A DNA stretch of 64,000 nucleotides from an uncultured bacterium (GCA_963727715.1 CAVSGX010000004.1:8455-72454), one strand, 5' to 3'; numbered from the stretch's first letter, positions 18,747-29,939 are shown. Translations and numbers: made by a program. The notes: generated from the letters alone by a model not told the origin.

Positions 18747-19535
18747 ATGATTCATAAATTATTAAAAAGAATTAAAGGTATCAAGAGAACTCAAAAAATT
18801 TTTGGAAGACTTTTCAGATTTTCTTTGGCCGGGATGAATTATGGCAACGGCGATAACTTTACAGAAAGCGGAGAAATAAATACACTCAATTACATAAAAA
18901 ATAAAATCAAAAATGGAGAAAGGGCGGTAATTTTTGATGTGGGCGCAAATATAGGAAATTATTCATATCTCCTATCGGAAATGTTTGGCCCAGAATCAAT
19001 AGTCCATTCATTTGAACCATCAATAAAGACATTTGGGGTGTTCAAAGAAAATACAAAAAAGAAGGCGAATATTTTACCAAACAACTTTGGCATGAGTGAC
19101 TCAAAAAAAGAAGAGTTACTTTATACAAACGCTGAAGGCTCTGGAATAGCTTCCATGTACAAGAGAAACTTGGTTCACTTCGGAATAGTCTTGGATAAAA
19201 ATGAGAAAATAAAACTATCCACTGTGGATGATTATTGCGAAGAAAACAAAATCAAAAAAATAAACTTTCTTAAAATAGATGTGGAAAGGCATGAATTAAG
19301 TGTTCTTAAGGGTGCAGAAAAAATGATAGCTGGCGGAAAAATAGATTTCATACAGTTTGAATTTGGGGGTTGTAATATAGACTCCAGAACTTATTTTCAG
19401 GATTTTTTCTACAAATTAAAAGATAATTTCCGCATATACAGGATACTAAAAGATGGCCTCTTTGAAATACCTAGATACGACGAAACTTTGGAGATTTTCG
19501 TTACGACAAATTATTTAGCTGAAAAAATAAAATAA
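18747..19535 (+). CDS. FkbM-family SAM-dependent methyltransferase
   Basis: VIFDVGANIGNYS matches the FkbM (Methyltransf_21) DVGAN.G motif; start moved to the internal Met to remove overlap with the upstream gene. Confidence 0.7.
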   Translation: MIHKLLKRIKGIKRTQKIFGRLFRFSLAGMNYGNGDNFTESGEINTLNYIKNKIKNGERAVIFDVGANIGNYSYLLSEMFGPESIVHSFEPSIKTFGVFKENTKKKANILPNNFGMSDSKKEELLYTNAEGSGIASMYKRNLVHFGIVLDKNEKIKLSTVDDYCEENKIKKINFLKIDVERHELSVLKGAEKMIAGGKIDFIQFEFGGCNIDSRTYFQDFFYKLKDNFRIYRILKDGLFEIPRYDETLEIFVTTNYLAEKIK

Positions 19536-19538
19536 TCT

Positions 19539-20435
19539 ATGTCTCTAAAAAATGTAATAATCACTGAACTATCCGGTGGTTTAGGTAACCAGCTCTTTCA
19601 ATACTCTGCCGGAAAATCTTTGGCTAAAAAACTTGGCGTTCCTCTGATTTTAGATCTGGGAAATTACAAAGACAGTAAAAGGCCTTATGCTCTAGATATA
19701 TTTGATATCAATCCAAGAATCGCCACAATAGAAGAAATAGAACAAGCCAAAAGGGGAGAAATTTTCAGAAAAATAGCTCATAAAATTTCAGCGAGATTGG
19801 AAAATCCAGTTTCTTATATACTCTTATTGATAACCGGTTTTTATGTTTTTAAAGAGCCATATTCCCATTTTTATCCAGATTTTTTCAGATTGCCGAAAAA
19901 TTCTTTACTGCGCGGTAACTGGCAAAGTCAAAAATATTTTGAAAACATTATCGATGATTTACGTAATGAGCTTGTCTTTCGTTCCGATATAAAAGAAAAA
20001 TGTTTAGAAATGTTATCCCAAATATCTTCTATAAATTCCGTATCAATCCATGTAAGGCGAGAAGACTATTTGGACAAGCCCGAGAAATATCCTGTTTGCT
20101 CAATTGAATATTACAAAGAAGCAGTAAAAATTCTAGAGCAAAAAATATCTGAGCCGGTGTATTTTATTTTCTCCGATGACACAAAATGGTTTAAAGGAAA
20201 TATGGGTTTTATAAAAAATGCTATTTTCATATCTGATAAAACATACAGGGATTGCGATGAATTTTTTCTAATGAGCCTTTGCAAACACAATATTATTGCC
20301 AACTCATCATTTTCCTGGTGGGCGGCTAAACTCGGCAAAAACCGGGATAAACTGGTAATCGCACCTAAGATGTGGTTTGGTGGCCATATCAAAGACACTA
20401 TGGATATTGTACCGAGCTCGTGGATTAAAATATAA
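19539..20435 (+). CDS. Alpha-1,2-fucosyltransferase (GT11)
   Basis: ITELSGGLGNQLFQYSAGKSLAKKLG is the diagnostic GT11 N-terminal motif. Confidence 0.8.
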   Translation: MSLKNVIITELSGGLGNQLFQYSAGKSLAKKLGVPLILDLGNYKDSKRPYALDIFDINPRIATIEEIEQAKRGEIFRKIAHKISARLENPVSYILLLITGFYVFKEPYSHFYPDFFRLPKNSLLRGNWQSQKYFENIIDDLRNELVFRSDIKEKCLEMLSQISSINSVSIHVRREDYLDKPEKYPVCSIEYYKEAVKILEQKISEPVYFIFSDDTKWFKGNMGFIKNAIFISDKTYRDCDEFFLMSLCKHNIIANSSFSWWAAKLGKNRDKLVIAPKMWFGGHIKDTMDIVPSSWIKI

Positions 20436-20438
20436 ATC

Positions 20439-21455
20439 ATGAAATCACAGCCGAAAGTTACAGTTTTCATTTCCCTCTTTAACGCCGAGAAATATATCGG
20501 TATGACCATTGACAGTGTTTTGGTTCAAACTTTTTCTGATTTTCAGATTTTGATTGTGGATGACTGTTCAAAAGATAAAAGTGTGGAAGTGGTCAGGTCG
20601 TATAAAGACCCAAGAATCCGTCTAATCGTCAACGATAAAAACATCGGGTTATTGAAAAGCCGAAACATGGGGCTGGAAGAAGCAAAAACTGAATACGTAG
20701 CTATTATTGACTCGGACGACATTATGTACCCGACGCGTCTGGAAAAACAAGTTTCTTTTCTGGATTCACACCAAGATTTCTCCATGGTCGGGACGTGGAC
20801 AGAAATAATTGATTCCAATGGCAAAAAAACCGGTGTGGAGTGGAAAGACCCGATCCCGCCGGAAAAAATTCCCATGGTTCTATTATTTCATAATTGTTTC
20901 GCTCATTCGTCTGTTATGATAAGAATGAACGCGCTTCAAGGAGAAAGATACCAGACCGATGTGGTAGAAGACCGTGATTTGTGGATTCGACTGTCCAAAA
21001 AATCAAAAATCTGGAATATTCCAAAGATACTGACACAATATCGGGTTCACCAAACAAACAGAACGGTTGGTGTTATGGGAAAAGTGTCCTTCACAACCGA
21101 TAAAATTATCAGAAGAGAATTGAATTATTTGAATATAGATCCAACCGACGAGGAACTGGTGATACACAAAATAAGCTACGCATACAATAATGCCAATATA
21201 AAAGAATTTATAAAAAAGCGCCAAGACTGGCTTTTAAAACTGTTGGAAAAAAATACTCAAACCCATTACTTTCAGCAAAAAACATTTGAGGAAGTTTTGA
21301 AGGAAAGGTGGCTCATTAGTTGTAGCGCCAACGCGCAAGTTGGATTTTGGGTCTGGAAAACTTTTTGGAAATCTAGTTTGAGCAACAGGGCTTTATTTGC
21401 TCAACCAAAACAAGTGATAAAATTTTTTATTAAATGCTTGTTAAAGATTAGATGA
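20439..21455 (+). CDS. Glycosyltransferase family 2
   Basis: VTVFISLFNAEKYIGMTIDSVLVQTFSDFQILIVDDCSKDKS is the classical GT2 N-terminus with DD/DxD. Confidence 0.85.
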   Translation: MKSQPKVTVFISLFNAEKYIGMTIDSVLVQTFSDFQILIVDDCSKDKSVEVVRSYKDPRIRLIVNDKNIGLLKSRNMGLEEAKTEYVAIIDSDDIMYPTRLEKQVSFLDSHQDFSMVGTWTEIIDSNGKKTGVEWKDPIPPEKIPMVLLFHNCFAHSSVMIRMNALQGERYQTDVVEDRDLWIRLSKKSKIWNIPKILTQYRVHQTNRTVGVMGKVSFTTDKIIRRELNYLNIDPTDEELVIHKISYAYNNANIKEFIKKRQDWLLKLLEKNTQTHYFQQKTFEEVLKERWLISCSANAQVGFWVWKTFWKSSLSNRALFAQPKQVIKFFIKCLLKIR

Positions 21456-23169
21456 TTTTATAAATATAGATTCCTTTTGAAAAATACAGGATTTTATATG
21501 TTTTTGGTATGACCCAGTTTGGATTTTTGTTACTGTCCCAAACCAAATAATCCACTCTATAAGTTTTGATGATTTTGGCAAAATCAATTTTTTGCATTTG
21601 GACAGCGTCCGCCAAAACTTTGATGACTTGTTCTTGAGGAACCAAAGGACTATTATCCTGTGGCAATCCGAGAATTCTGCGAATCTTGTTTTTGCTTTGG
21701 TTGTGACCGTATTCGTCCGTGTAGTAACCGCCAAAAATCATTCTCTGATTTTGGACAATATGGGCCGGTGTAAAATTGTCAAAATAATGGTTGATAATAA
21801 ATCTCTCTTCTACTTCCCTGCCAGACATAAAAAACAATATTCCATAACCAGAATAATAAACATTTTGCGAAGTGTAGATGGGCAAAAAGAATCCGATATC
21901 ATCGTTGGTGTAAACCACCTCGTCCGGTTTGGCATTTTTAGATAGCCAATCAAATACCCCGGCATAATTTTGAGTGTAAATATCGTAAGAAGAATATGTC
22001 ATTTCAACTTTTATCATATTTGCCACACTGTATACAGACATAACACAAATCAAAAACATCATGATGTAAAAAAATATTTTCTTGAATTTCGACGACAATA
22101 TATTTTGCCATGAATAGATTACGTACGCACCGACAAAAACAAAGGTATACAAATTGCCCAAGAGATAATGGCTGGAAAATTCAAGATTCTTCCCTGTCAA
22201 TAAATGTTGATTGATAACTATGACCGCAGACAAAACAGCCGAGAAAAGAAAAATGGATAATTCACTGACAACAATTTTTTCCTTTTTGTAAGAATATAAA
22301 AACAGACAAATGATAATGACAGCCAAACCAACGCTCAAAAAACCGGACGGAAAGTGGGTGGCGATCATCCCAAGACGGCGGAGAGATTCATTGTAAACGG
22401 AAAGATTACTGCTTTGCCAGACAGAAACAAAATACGGTATGCCTATGACAAAAGCCCCCAAACATACGACAAGATATGTTTTATATGACATATCTTTTAC
22501 TTTCAGAACAAAAACCAGAACTAAAAAGACAGCAAACAAAACCACAAAAAATGTCCAGAAATACGGATAGAGATGAAATAAAAGACCAAACGAAAGAGCT
22601 GACAGAACAGCATACATTTTTTCTTTCTTTTTTATATAAAGCAGAAGAAATAGAAAAGTTAAGAGCCAGAAAACAAAATTGAAAGCCGGCGACGGCAGGC
22701 GCAAAAAAGTATTGGCTGAAAGAATAACATTGGCAAAAAACATACCCAAAATAGACCAGCTTTTTGAACCGGTTAAAACATATAAAATGACATACGATAG
22801 AACTGCAAGCAGAGCCGTCAAAATCCCCGTCCAAATAATAAACCCGACCGGCACGGAAAGACCGAGCCAGCCGATTGGTTTAGCCAAAATGTAATCAGGC
22901 AACCAAAATTGCATGGGGGAACCGTCTTTATGTTCGTAGATATACGGATTGGCTAAGTTTGGGTGACCGTCCAAAACATCACGGGCCCGAGCTTCATAAT
23001 ATATTTCGTCGTCAGTCACACCGTGATATATTCCCTGAAAATTCGGAGAATTTTTAGCGCCCATATATTGCGGAACGGAAGAAGCAACGCCTATCAAAAC
23101 GGCTAACAAAAGAATAACCCAATTATTCAACAAAAATTTAAATATTTTTTTCATCTTGTTTTTTGGCAA
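21448..23169 (-). CDS. Large polytopic membrane protein of the glycan cluster (function unassigned; possibly a polymerase/transferase)
   Basis: 573 aa; 12 or more hydrophobic helices in the N-terminal two thirds, soluble C-terminal domain. Confidence 0.5.
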   Translation of the reverse strand: MPKNKMKKIFKFLLNNWVILLLAVLIGVASSVPQYMGAKNSPNFQGIYHGVTDDEIYYEARARDVLDGHPNLANPYIYEHKDGSPMQFWLPDYILAKPIGWLGLSVPVGFIIWTGILTALLAVLSYVILYVLTGSKSWSILGMFFANVILSANTFLRLPSPAFNFVFWLLTFLFLLLYIKKKEKMYAVLSALSFGLLFHLYPYFWTFFVVLFAVFLVLVFVLKVKDMSYKTYLVVCLGAFVIGIPYFVSVWQSSNLSVYNESLRRLGMIATHFPSGFLSVGLAVIIICLFLYSYKKEKIVVSELSIFLFSAVLSAVIVINQHLLTGKNLEFSSHYLLGNLYTFVFVGAYVIYSWQNILSSKFKKIFFYIMMFLICVMSVYSVANMIKVEMTYSSYDIYTQNYAGVFDWLSKNAKPDEVVYTNDDIGFFLPIYTSQNVYYSGYGILFFMSGREVEERFIINHYFDNFTPAHIVQNQRMIFGGYYTDEYGHNQSKNKIRRILGLPQDNSPLVPQEQVIKVLADAVQMQKIDFAKIIKTYRVDYLVWDSNKNPNWVIPKTYKILYFSKGIYIYKII

Positions 23170-24022
23170 TTAACAAAAAATTATCTTTTAGATTAATGGG
23201 AATGGACAACTTCGGATATTTTTTTGCAAAAAAATTGGCCAGATAATTCCACAGTGAAATTTTTTGCCATTTATGCAATGTTTTGAAAATGTAAGAGAAT
23301 GTGAATTTTTTGGAAACCGAACCGGTGTATAAAATTTCAAAACCGTTTTTGCCGAGGTACTCCGACAAATTTTGCGGACTGAAATAAAACAAGTGCTCCG
23401 GCGGGACGACTAGGTGCCACCGAGTTTTCATTATCTTTGAAAGCAAACTTTGGCCATTTGGCGTATTGATGACTAGCAGGCCACCGGATTTAAGAGTGAG
23501 ACGAGCCTCAAGCATTTCCCTAAATGGATTAGTCATATGTTCCAAAACATCAAACATAGTGACAACGTCAAAAAAATTCTCCGGTTTTTGGTTTGACAAA
23601 ATATCACCGACGGAAATATTCAAACCCTTTTTTCTGCCTATATTAGCGGCAAAAGCCGATATTTCCACACCAGAAACAGCAAAACCGCGCGATTTGGCAA
23701 TGGACATAAAAAAACCGGTGGCAGCGCCGATATCCAAAAGATTACCATTTTTTTTGCCAAATTTTTCGCATAAACCAAGATATTTCTCAAATGTAGGAAT
23801 CATCGGTTCTTTGTCCGAGTCATAATTAACGTAGCCGAAACCATCTTCGGCCCCGGAAAAATAATCCTCATTGTAAAGGGAAAATGAATTTGGAATCGGA
23901 TAGACAAAAATCAACTTGCAATGATCGCATCTGTATAAATCAAAATTATTCTTCCTCCCCCATTTTGAAGAAACAACACTCCCACAGAGAGGACATTTTA
24001 TTTTTTGAATCTTATTTTCCAT
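23138..24022 (-). CDS. Class I SAM-dependent methyltransferase with N-terminal Cys4 zinc ribbon
   Basis: CPLCGS...CDHC, then LLDIGAATGFF (SAM motif I). Confidence 0.75.
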   Translation of the reverse strand: MENKIQKIKCPLCGSVVSSKWGRKNNFDLYRCDHCKLIFVYPIPNSFSLYNEDYFSGAEDGFGYVNYDSDKEPMIPTFEKYLGLCEKFGKKNGNLLDIGAATGFFMSIAKSRGFAVSGVEISAFAANIGRKKGLNISVGDILSNQKPENFFDVVTMFDVLEHMTNPFREMLEARLTLKSGGLLVINTPNGQSLLSKIMKTRWHLVVPPEHLFYFSPQNLSEYLGKNGFEILYTGSVSKKFTFSYIFKTLHKWQKISLWNYLANFFAKKYPKLSIPINLKDNFLLIAKKQDEKNI

Positions 24023-24744
24023 GGAGCTATTATACCTTCGCCAATAATATGATTTGATATTTTTGATTCGCCCCCGATTCGACTGCCGAAGATGATTGGT
24101 AATTCTTTGAATTTGGCTCCATTTTTCCGAAGCAGATTTTTAAATTCCATTTGAAAAGCGTATCCTGAAGAATCAATATCTTGCAAGTCAACCTTTTTCA
24201 GCACAGACATATCAATCATATAGAAACCGGCGGTTAAATCTCTGACTGGTATGCCGGTAATAATCCTGGCGTAAAGATTGCCAAAATACGACAGGGCTTT
24301 GCGCCAAGTTTCCCAGCCAATGGTATCACCGCCAGGGACATAGCGCGAACCGATGACAACCGAAAAACCTTTGTCAATCAATTTTTCCATTTCTTTCAAA
24401 TATTTCGGATGATGCGACATATCAGCATCCATCATGGCCACAATCTCCGGATCATATTTTTCAAAAATATGATTGAACGCGCCAATGTAAGCTTTACCAA
24501 GACCCTCTTTGCTTTTTCTAACCAAGAGGTGCACTTTGTTGTTTGTCAGTTTTAGATGTTTGACAATATCAGCTGTGCCGTCAGGTGAATTATCATCAAC
24601 TACCAGAATATGAGAGTGAGGGATACGCAAATTTATTTCATCAATGATTTTGACGATAGTGTCTTTTTCGTTATAAGTTGGAATGATGATAAGAAGCTTC
24701 ATTTTGTTATGAATGAAATAATATTTTCTGCACGTTTCCCCCAT
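23998..24744 (-). CDS. GT2 glycosyltransferase, polyprenol-phosphate mannose/glucose synthase-like (DPM1-like)
   Basis: KLLIIIPTYNEKDTI...ILVVDDNSPDGTADIV. Confidence 0.85.
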   Translation of the reverse strand: MGETCRKYYFIHNKMKLLIIIPTYNEKDTIVKIIDEINLRIPHSHILVVDDNSPDGTADIVKHLKLTNNKVHLLVRKSKEGLGKAYIGAFNHIFEKYDPEIVAMMDADMSHHPKYLKEMEKLIDKGFSVVIGSRYVPGGDTIGWETWRKALSYFGNLYARIITGIPVRDLTAGFYMIDMSVLKKVDLQDIDSSGYAFQMEFKNLLRKNGAKFKELPIIFGSRIGGESKISNHIIGEGIIAPWKIRFKK

Positions 24745-25823
24745 GTATATTTTGATATCACATCCTCGTAAGCTTTCTGGCTTATTTTTTTTGCAACATC
24801 AGGATTTTCTTTCAAAAAAACAATCTTTTCGGCAAGAGCTTTCGGATCGTTCGGCGGAATAAGGATGGCATTTACTCCATCTGTAAGCACCTCTCGTATT
24901 GAAGGCAAATTTGTCGTTACAATCGGTTTGCCACTGGCCATATACTCAAAAATCTTCAGTGGTGACATAAAATAAGCATAATGTTCAATATTTGGAAACG
25001 GAGCGACCAAAACATCACAGAGCGACATATAGCTCGGGATTTCAGTGTGAGAAACTTTACCGACAAAAATAGCTCTGCCAGACAAACCCAAATGTTTAGT
25101 CATATTGGTATAATATTCTATATCGTCCTTCTCCCCACCAACAATCAATAGTTTAAAATTATTATTCAAGTATTTCAAAGCCAGTAAGCAATCAGATAAA
25201 CCTTTCTCTTTGCCCATTGTTTTCAGAGTGCCAATATACCCGAAAATAAAATCACTTTGTTCAATATTTTCAATTTTTTTAGCGGTAACATTTTTTCTAA
25301 AATTTTCCATATCAACTCCATCCGGAGCGATAAGTATTTTCTCTTTTTCAATTCCAAACTTTACCAATCTGTCTTTTATAAAAGAAGTCAAAACTATAAT
25401 TTTTGAAGAAAGATTGAAAAATATTTTCTGGGAGAATGACATTTTTTTCGGAAAAGAGTGTCTTTCCAAAACCACATTTGGGAAAAAAATTGCCGAGTAA
25501 GTGTCGCGAGAATACAAAATATCAAAATGATTCATCCAGACAAAAACTCTGGCCGACAGATAAAATGAGATGAACCTAAGCCAATATAAAACTATGCTTT
25601 GATTTCCCGGTATAATATCCAGACACCAAACTTTTTTGACAACAAAAGTTTTAGCCATGCCGTAGTGATCAAAAGGATCCACTCCCTGCAAAATTTTCCT
25701 TTTCGGCACAACCAAAATCACCTCTTCCCCTTTTTGAGCAAAGGCTTTGCACATACTCATAATCTGGATAGAATGCGCCCAATCGTCCGGAATATTAGCG
25801 TTGACTACATAAGCCAATTTCAT
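24699..25823 (-). CDS. Glycosyltransferase family 4
   Basis: 374 aa; C-terminal GT-B Glycos_transf_1-like region (..FVGKVSHTEIPSYMSLCDVLVAPF..EH..). Confidence 0.75.
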   Translation of the reverse strand: MKLAYVVNANIPDDWAHSIQIMSMCKAFAQKGEEVILVVPKRKILQGVDPFDHYGMAKTFVVKKVWCLDIIPGNQSIVLYWLRFISFYLSARVFVWMNHFDILYSRDTYSAIFFPNVVLERHSFPKKMSFSQKIFFNLSSKIIVLTSFIKDRLVKFGIEKEKILIAPDGVDMENFRKNVTAKKIENIEQSDFIFGYIGTLKTMGKEKGLSDCLLALKYLNNNFKLLIVGGEKDDIEYYTNMTKHLGLSGRAIFVGKVSHTEIPSYMSLCDVLVAPFPNIEHYAYFMSPLKIFEYMASGKPIVTTNLPSIREVLTDGVNAILIPPNDPKALAEKIVFLKENPDVAKKISQKAYEDVISKYTWGKRAENIISFITK

Positions 25824-26822
25824 TTATATGTGTTTTAGAAATTGCTGGGTATGGGCCATCGGATTTTTGTATTTTTCCAAGTCCGCCTCAACCATCATCT
25901 TAACCAGTTCCTTGAAAGATACTTTTGGTTTCCAGCCAAGTATTGTTTTTATTTTTGTCGGATCACCGAGAAGATAGTTGACATCAACAGGTCTGTAAAA
26001 TTGTTTATCAACTTTGACATAATTTTTGTAATCAAGACCGACGGTAGAAAACGCTTCTTGGCAAAATTCCCTGACGGAATGACTCTCTCCAGTTGCTACC
26101 ACATAATCATCCGGTTTGTTGTGTTGAAGCATCATCCACATGGCCTCGACATAATCCCCGGCAAAACCCCAGTCTCTTTTGGCATCCAAGTTGCCCAGGA
26201 AAATTTCTTTGTTATAACCCATTTTTATTCTGGCCACACCATCGGTAATTTTTTTGGTCACAAATTCTATCCCGCGTATTGGCGATTCGTGATTGAAAAG
26301 TATACCCGAGCAGGTGAACATGTTGTACCCATCCCTGTAATTTTTGTTGACCCAATGCCCATAAAGTTTGGCGACAGCATATGGACTAGCTGGCTCAAAA
26401 GGTGTTTTTTCACTTTGCGGATGCGGAGCATTGCCAAACATTTCCGAGGTTGATGCCTGATAGAATTTTATTTTTGGATTCACTATGCGTATTGAATCCA
26501 AAATTCTGGTAACACCGAGCCCGGATATTTCACCGGTTGTAATGGCTTGTTCAAAAGAGACCCCAACAAAACTTTGGGAGGCCAGATTGTATATTTCATC
26601 TGGTTCAGATTCTTTGATGGCATTTATAATGGATGTTTGATCCAGAAGATCGAACGGCAACAGTTTTATATCCTTTTTTACATCCAAATAATGCAAGCGC
26701 CAAAAATTCCTAGTGCTTGATCTTTTATACCCACCAAAGACTTCATACCCTTTGCTGACTAAAAACTTGGCCAAATACGGGCCATCTTGACCTGTGATGC
26801 CTGTGATAAGTGCTCTTTTCAT
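25824..26822 (-). CDS. gmd: GDP-mannose 4,6-dehydratase
   Basis: ALITGITGQDGPYLAKFLVSKGYEV...KFYQASTSEMFG matches Gmd closely. Confidence 0.9.
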   Translation of the reverse strand: MKRALITGITGQDGPYLAKFLVSKGYEVFGGYKRSSTRNFWRLHYLDVKKDIKLLPFDLLDQTSIINAIKESEPDEIYNLASQSFVGVSFEQAITTGEISGLGVTRILDSIRIVNPKIKFYQASTSEMFGNAPHPQSEKTPFEPASPYAVAKLYGHWVNKNYRDGYNMFTCSGILFNHESPIRGIEFVTKKITDGVARIKMGYNKEIFLGNLDAKRDWGFAGDYVEAMWMMLQHNKPDDYVVATGESHSVREFCQEAFSTVGLDYKNYVKVDKQFYRPVDVNYLLGDPTKIKTILGWKPKVSFKELVKMMVEADLEKYKNPMAHTQQFLKHI

Positions 26823-26835
26823 AAAAAATAAATGA

Positions 26836-27975
26836 TTATTTCCTTTTAAAAATATTCTTTAAATTTTCCGCTATATATTTAATATCTTTGTCCAAAAGTT
26901 TTGAACTACTCGGTAAGGTCAAACCTTTTTTATGCAACATTTCGGCTACCGGAAATTTTTTACCTCTGGCAAATTCAGGATAAGCCTTTTGACTACTGAT
27001 GGTAGGAAAGAGAGGTCTTGTATCAATTCCTTTATCAGATAACAATTTTCTGATCTCATCTACACTACCATCAATTAATATATTGAAAAACCAGAAAGAT
27101 GGTACGGTACCAGAAGGAATAGGTTGAAAAGAAATCTCTGGAATACCTTTTAACAAACTTTTATACAAATGATCGTGCTCTTTTCTTTTTTTTATAAAAG
27201 CACCAATCCTTTCCAGCTGAGCAAGCCCTACTGCAGCCTGGATATTTGTCAGTCGATAATTATAACCTACAACTTCATTCAAATAGACTCCTGGTTGATT
27301 CATACCATGATGTTTTAACACCCTCATTTTTTCATACAATTTTTCGTCATTCATGAGACACATACCACCCTCTCCAGTCGTAATAATTTTATTTCCAAAA
27401 AAAGAAAAACAACTAACATCACCAAAACTTCCGACCATTTTGTTTTTGTATTTAGCACCATGAGCTTCTGCGGCATCCTCAATAAGAAATATTTTGTTTT
27501 TTTTACACCATTTTTCTATGTAGTCGTAATTGCAAGGCACACCATATATGTCGACAGATATAACGGCTTTGGTTTTTGAAGTTTTTAACTTATCAAGCTG
27601 ATTTTCATCAAGAGTCCAGTCATCTATTTTTGAGTCGATAAAAACAGGGGTGGCGCCAACATGCCTAACAACCGCTGCAGTGGAAACAAAAGTAAAAGTC
27701 GGAACTATCACTTCATCGCCTTTACCTACTCCTAAACCCAAGAGGGCCAGATGAAGGGCTGTAGTCCCATTACTGGTCGCCAGAGCATATTTTCTATTAC
27801 AAAAAGACGCAAAATCTTTTTTGAACTTATCTAAATACTTTCCGCTTGAAGAAACCCTCCCCTCGACCAAAACTGCATCTCTAAGATATTTCATTTCATT
27901 ACCACTCAAATCTGGCTCTGCAACTGGTATTTTTTTTATTTTTAAGCTCATGTGATTAGAATAGTATAGACCCAA
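26836..27975 (-). CDS. DegT/DnrJ/EryC1/StrS-family PLP-dependent sugar aminotransferase (perosamine synthetase-like)
   Basis: 379 aa; ..GDEVIVPTFTFVSTA.. and the Lys-containing C-terminal half; adjacent to gmd. Confidence 0.8.
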   Translation of the reverse strand: MGLYYSNHMSLKIKKIPVAEPDLSGNEMKYLRDAVLVEGRVSSSGKYLDKFKKDFASFCNRKYALATSNGTTALHLALLGLGVGKGDEVIVPTFTFVSTAAVVRHVGATPVFIDSKIDDWTLDENQLDKLKTSKTKAVISVDIYGVPCNYDYIEKWCKKNKIFLIEDAAEAHGAKYKNKMVGSFGDVSCFSFFGNKIITTGEGGMCLMNDEKLYEKMRVLKHHGMNQPGVYLNEVVGYNYRLTNIQAAVGLAQLERIGAFIKKRKEHDHLYKSLLKGIPEISFQPIPSGTVPSFWFFNILIDGSVDEIRKLLSDKGIDTRPLFPTISSQKAYPEFARGKKFPVAEMLHKKGLTLPSSSKLLDKDIKYIAENLKNIFKRK

Positions 27976-28017
27976 AAGGGTTTAAAATATACCCTTGACA
28001 TTTTACACAAAAAATTA

Positions 28018-28653
28018 TTATTTTTTAATTTCAAGTACGAGAGAAAGCCCACGAATTCCAAAAAATCTCTGAATCTTTGACACAGTGCTCGGAGTAATGT
28101 CCATAACCCTCATTATTTTCCCCAGACCAGGAAAACATCTAAAATCTTCACAGACTAGAATATTTTTAAACCCAGCATCGTAGGCAACCATACTCAGACT
28201 CTTTTTTGTAAACGGGTGTTTGTGTGTATAATCATCCCAAAATGCACGATTTAACATATAAGGACAGTTTGGTGTCAAAATTATTGCTTTGCCTTCAAAC
28301 TTCAAAATCCTATTAACCTCTTTAAAAAAAAGTAATGGATCGGAAAGATGTTCCACCACATGTTTAATATATATTCCTTCATATGCTTCATCTTTGAGGA
28401 TAGACATTGGCTTCCCCGGTTCAATTTTATCAACATTAAATCCCCTGCTCCTGGCAATAGCAATACTATCATCATCAATATCGACTCCAGATATTTGATT
28501 TGGGGCCAGAGCTATAAAATTACCGGTCGCACAACCAATATCTAGAATTTGACCTTTTGTGTCTTTAAACCAGCGATTAAAATATAGACGATCAAACCAT
28601 AATTCTTCTTGTGAATACTTAGGTCTGTATTCTTTATCTGAAAAGTAGCTCAT
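28018..28653 (-). CDS. Class I SAM-dependent methyltransferase
   Basis: ILDIGCATGNF motif I. Confidence 0.7.
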   Translation of the reverse strand: MSYFSDKEYRPKYSQEELWFDRLYFNRWFKDTKGQILDIGCATGNFIALAPNQISGVDIDDDSIAIARSRGFNVDKIEPGKPMSILKDEAYEGIYIKHVVEHLSDPLLFFKEVNRILKFEGKAIILTPNCPYMLNRAFWDDYTHKHPFTKKSLSMVAYDAGFKNILVCEDFRCFPGLGKIMRVMDITPSTVSKIQRFFGIRGLSLVLEIKK

Positions 28654-28655
28654 TT

Positions 28656-29939
28656 TTATTTTGTGACACTTAGTAATAAAGAAAACAACTCGACAGATGT
28701 TTTTTTTATATCAAACAAATCTTTTGCTTTTTTCGAGTTAAGTTCTCTGTAGTGTTTCTTTTGGTCTTCTGAAATTAAACTCATCTTGTATATAACATCG
28801 GCAAGCGCTTGTTTGTCTCCGGTCTTGACCAAAATACCATTGACATTATTTTCGACTGCCTCCTTTATACCACCGGTATCATAAGCAACCACCGGAAGGC
28901 CTACAGCCATAGCCTCTTTCATCGCCATACCCATACATTCACGTGGAGTTATCGATGGAAAACAAAAACAGTCGACAGCAGAATATAATTCAGCCAAATC
29001 TTGTTCTGAAAGAGCTTGAAAAATTTTTAGGTTTTCATCCGGAAAACCTATTTCTTCTGCCCTAGCTTTAAGTTCCAAAATATCCCCCATCCCACACAAT
29101 ACAACAGCCATAGAGTTTCGTACATTCACATCAAGTTTAAGTAAAGATTCAAATAACTGGTCGTGACCTTTTCTCATCTTAAGTGCTCCCACAGCCATAA
29201 TTAAATATTTATCTATCGGAAGATTAAATTTTATTCTTGCCTCTTTCTGATTTGAAAGCATCCTGCCATAAAAAACATCAAAACTTATTCCACTATATAC
29301 GACATGAATTTTTGAATGATCGTCTAAATATTTTTTAGGACCAATCGCACAGTGTTCGCTTGCCGGAACAACCATGTCAACTTGGTCTAAAATGTATTTC
29401 CATAGCTTTTCATATCTTGGCGCAATATTTATTCCATCGGCTTTTGCTTTAAATTGAATCTCTGCATAATTTTCAAAAACAATCGGTAATTTGTTATTTT
29501 TTGCTACCATGACCGCAACAAGAGTCTGCAAACTACCCGTTTCACTTACAATAATATTTGGTTTAATTTTTTTAATAGCATTATCAATAACAACCCCCCT
29601 TCCGGCACAATACAAAAAATATGTTAGATCAAAATTCGGAAATAATTTTACTTGTTTAGAAAATAGCCTTGCATATAAAACGGGACTGTTTAAAAAATTG
29701 CTCAGAATAAATAGTATTTTATCCATTCCATCCGGCTTTTTCTTGAAATCATATATACGACCAACACCAGAATCCAAATCATTTTCACCACCATGATAAT
29801 GGTGGGCATGCAAATATACTTCAGCATCAGCTTTTTTCCATTCTCGTGCATGTAATAAACACCTCTTCATAATTCCTCCGTACGGTGGAGGAATACATTC
29901 GCCATTGTCACCGGTAATTATAATTCTTAATTTATTCAT
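28656..29939 (-). CDS. Glycosyltransferase family 4
   Basis: 427 aa; GT-B architecture; C-terminal ..CFPSITPRECMGMAMKEAMAVGLPVVAYDTGG... Confidence 0.7.
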   Translation of the reverse strand: MNKLRIIITGDNGECIPPPYGGIMKRCLLHAREWKKADAEVYLHAHHYHGGENDLDSGVGRIYDFKKKPDGMDKILFILSNFLNSPVLYARLFSKQVKLFPNFDLTYFLYCAGRGVVIDNAIKKIKPNIIVSETGSLQTLVAVMVAKNNKLPIVFENYAEIQFKAKADGINIAPRYEKLWKYILDQVDMVVPASEHCAIGPKKYLDDHSKIHVVYSGISFDVFYGRMLSNQKEARIKFNLPIDKYLIMAVGALKMRKGHDQLFESLLKLDVNVRNSMAVVLCGMGDILELKARAEEIGFPDENLKIFQALSEQDLAELYSAVDCFCFPSITPRECMGMAMKEAMAVGLPVVAYDTGGIKEAVENNVNGILVKTGDKQALADVIYKMSLISEDQKKHYRELNSKKAKDLFDIKKTSVELFSLLLSVTK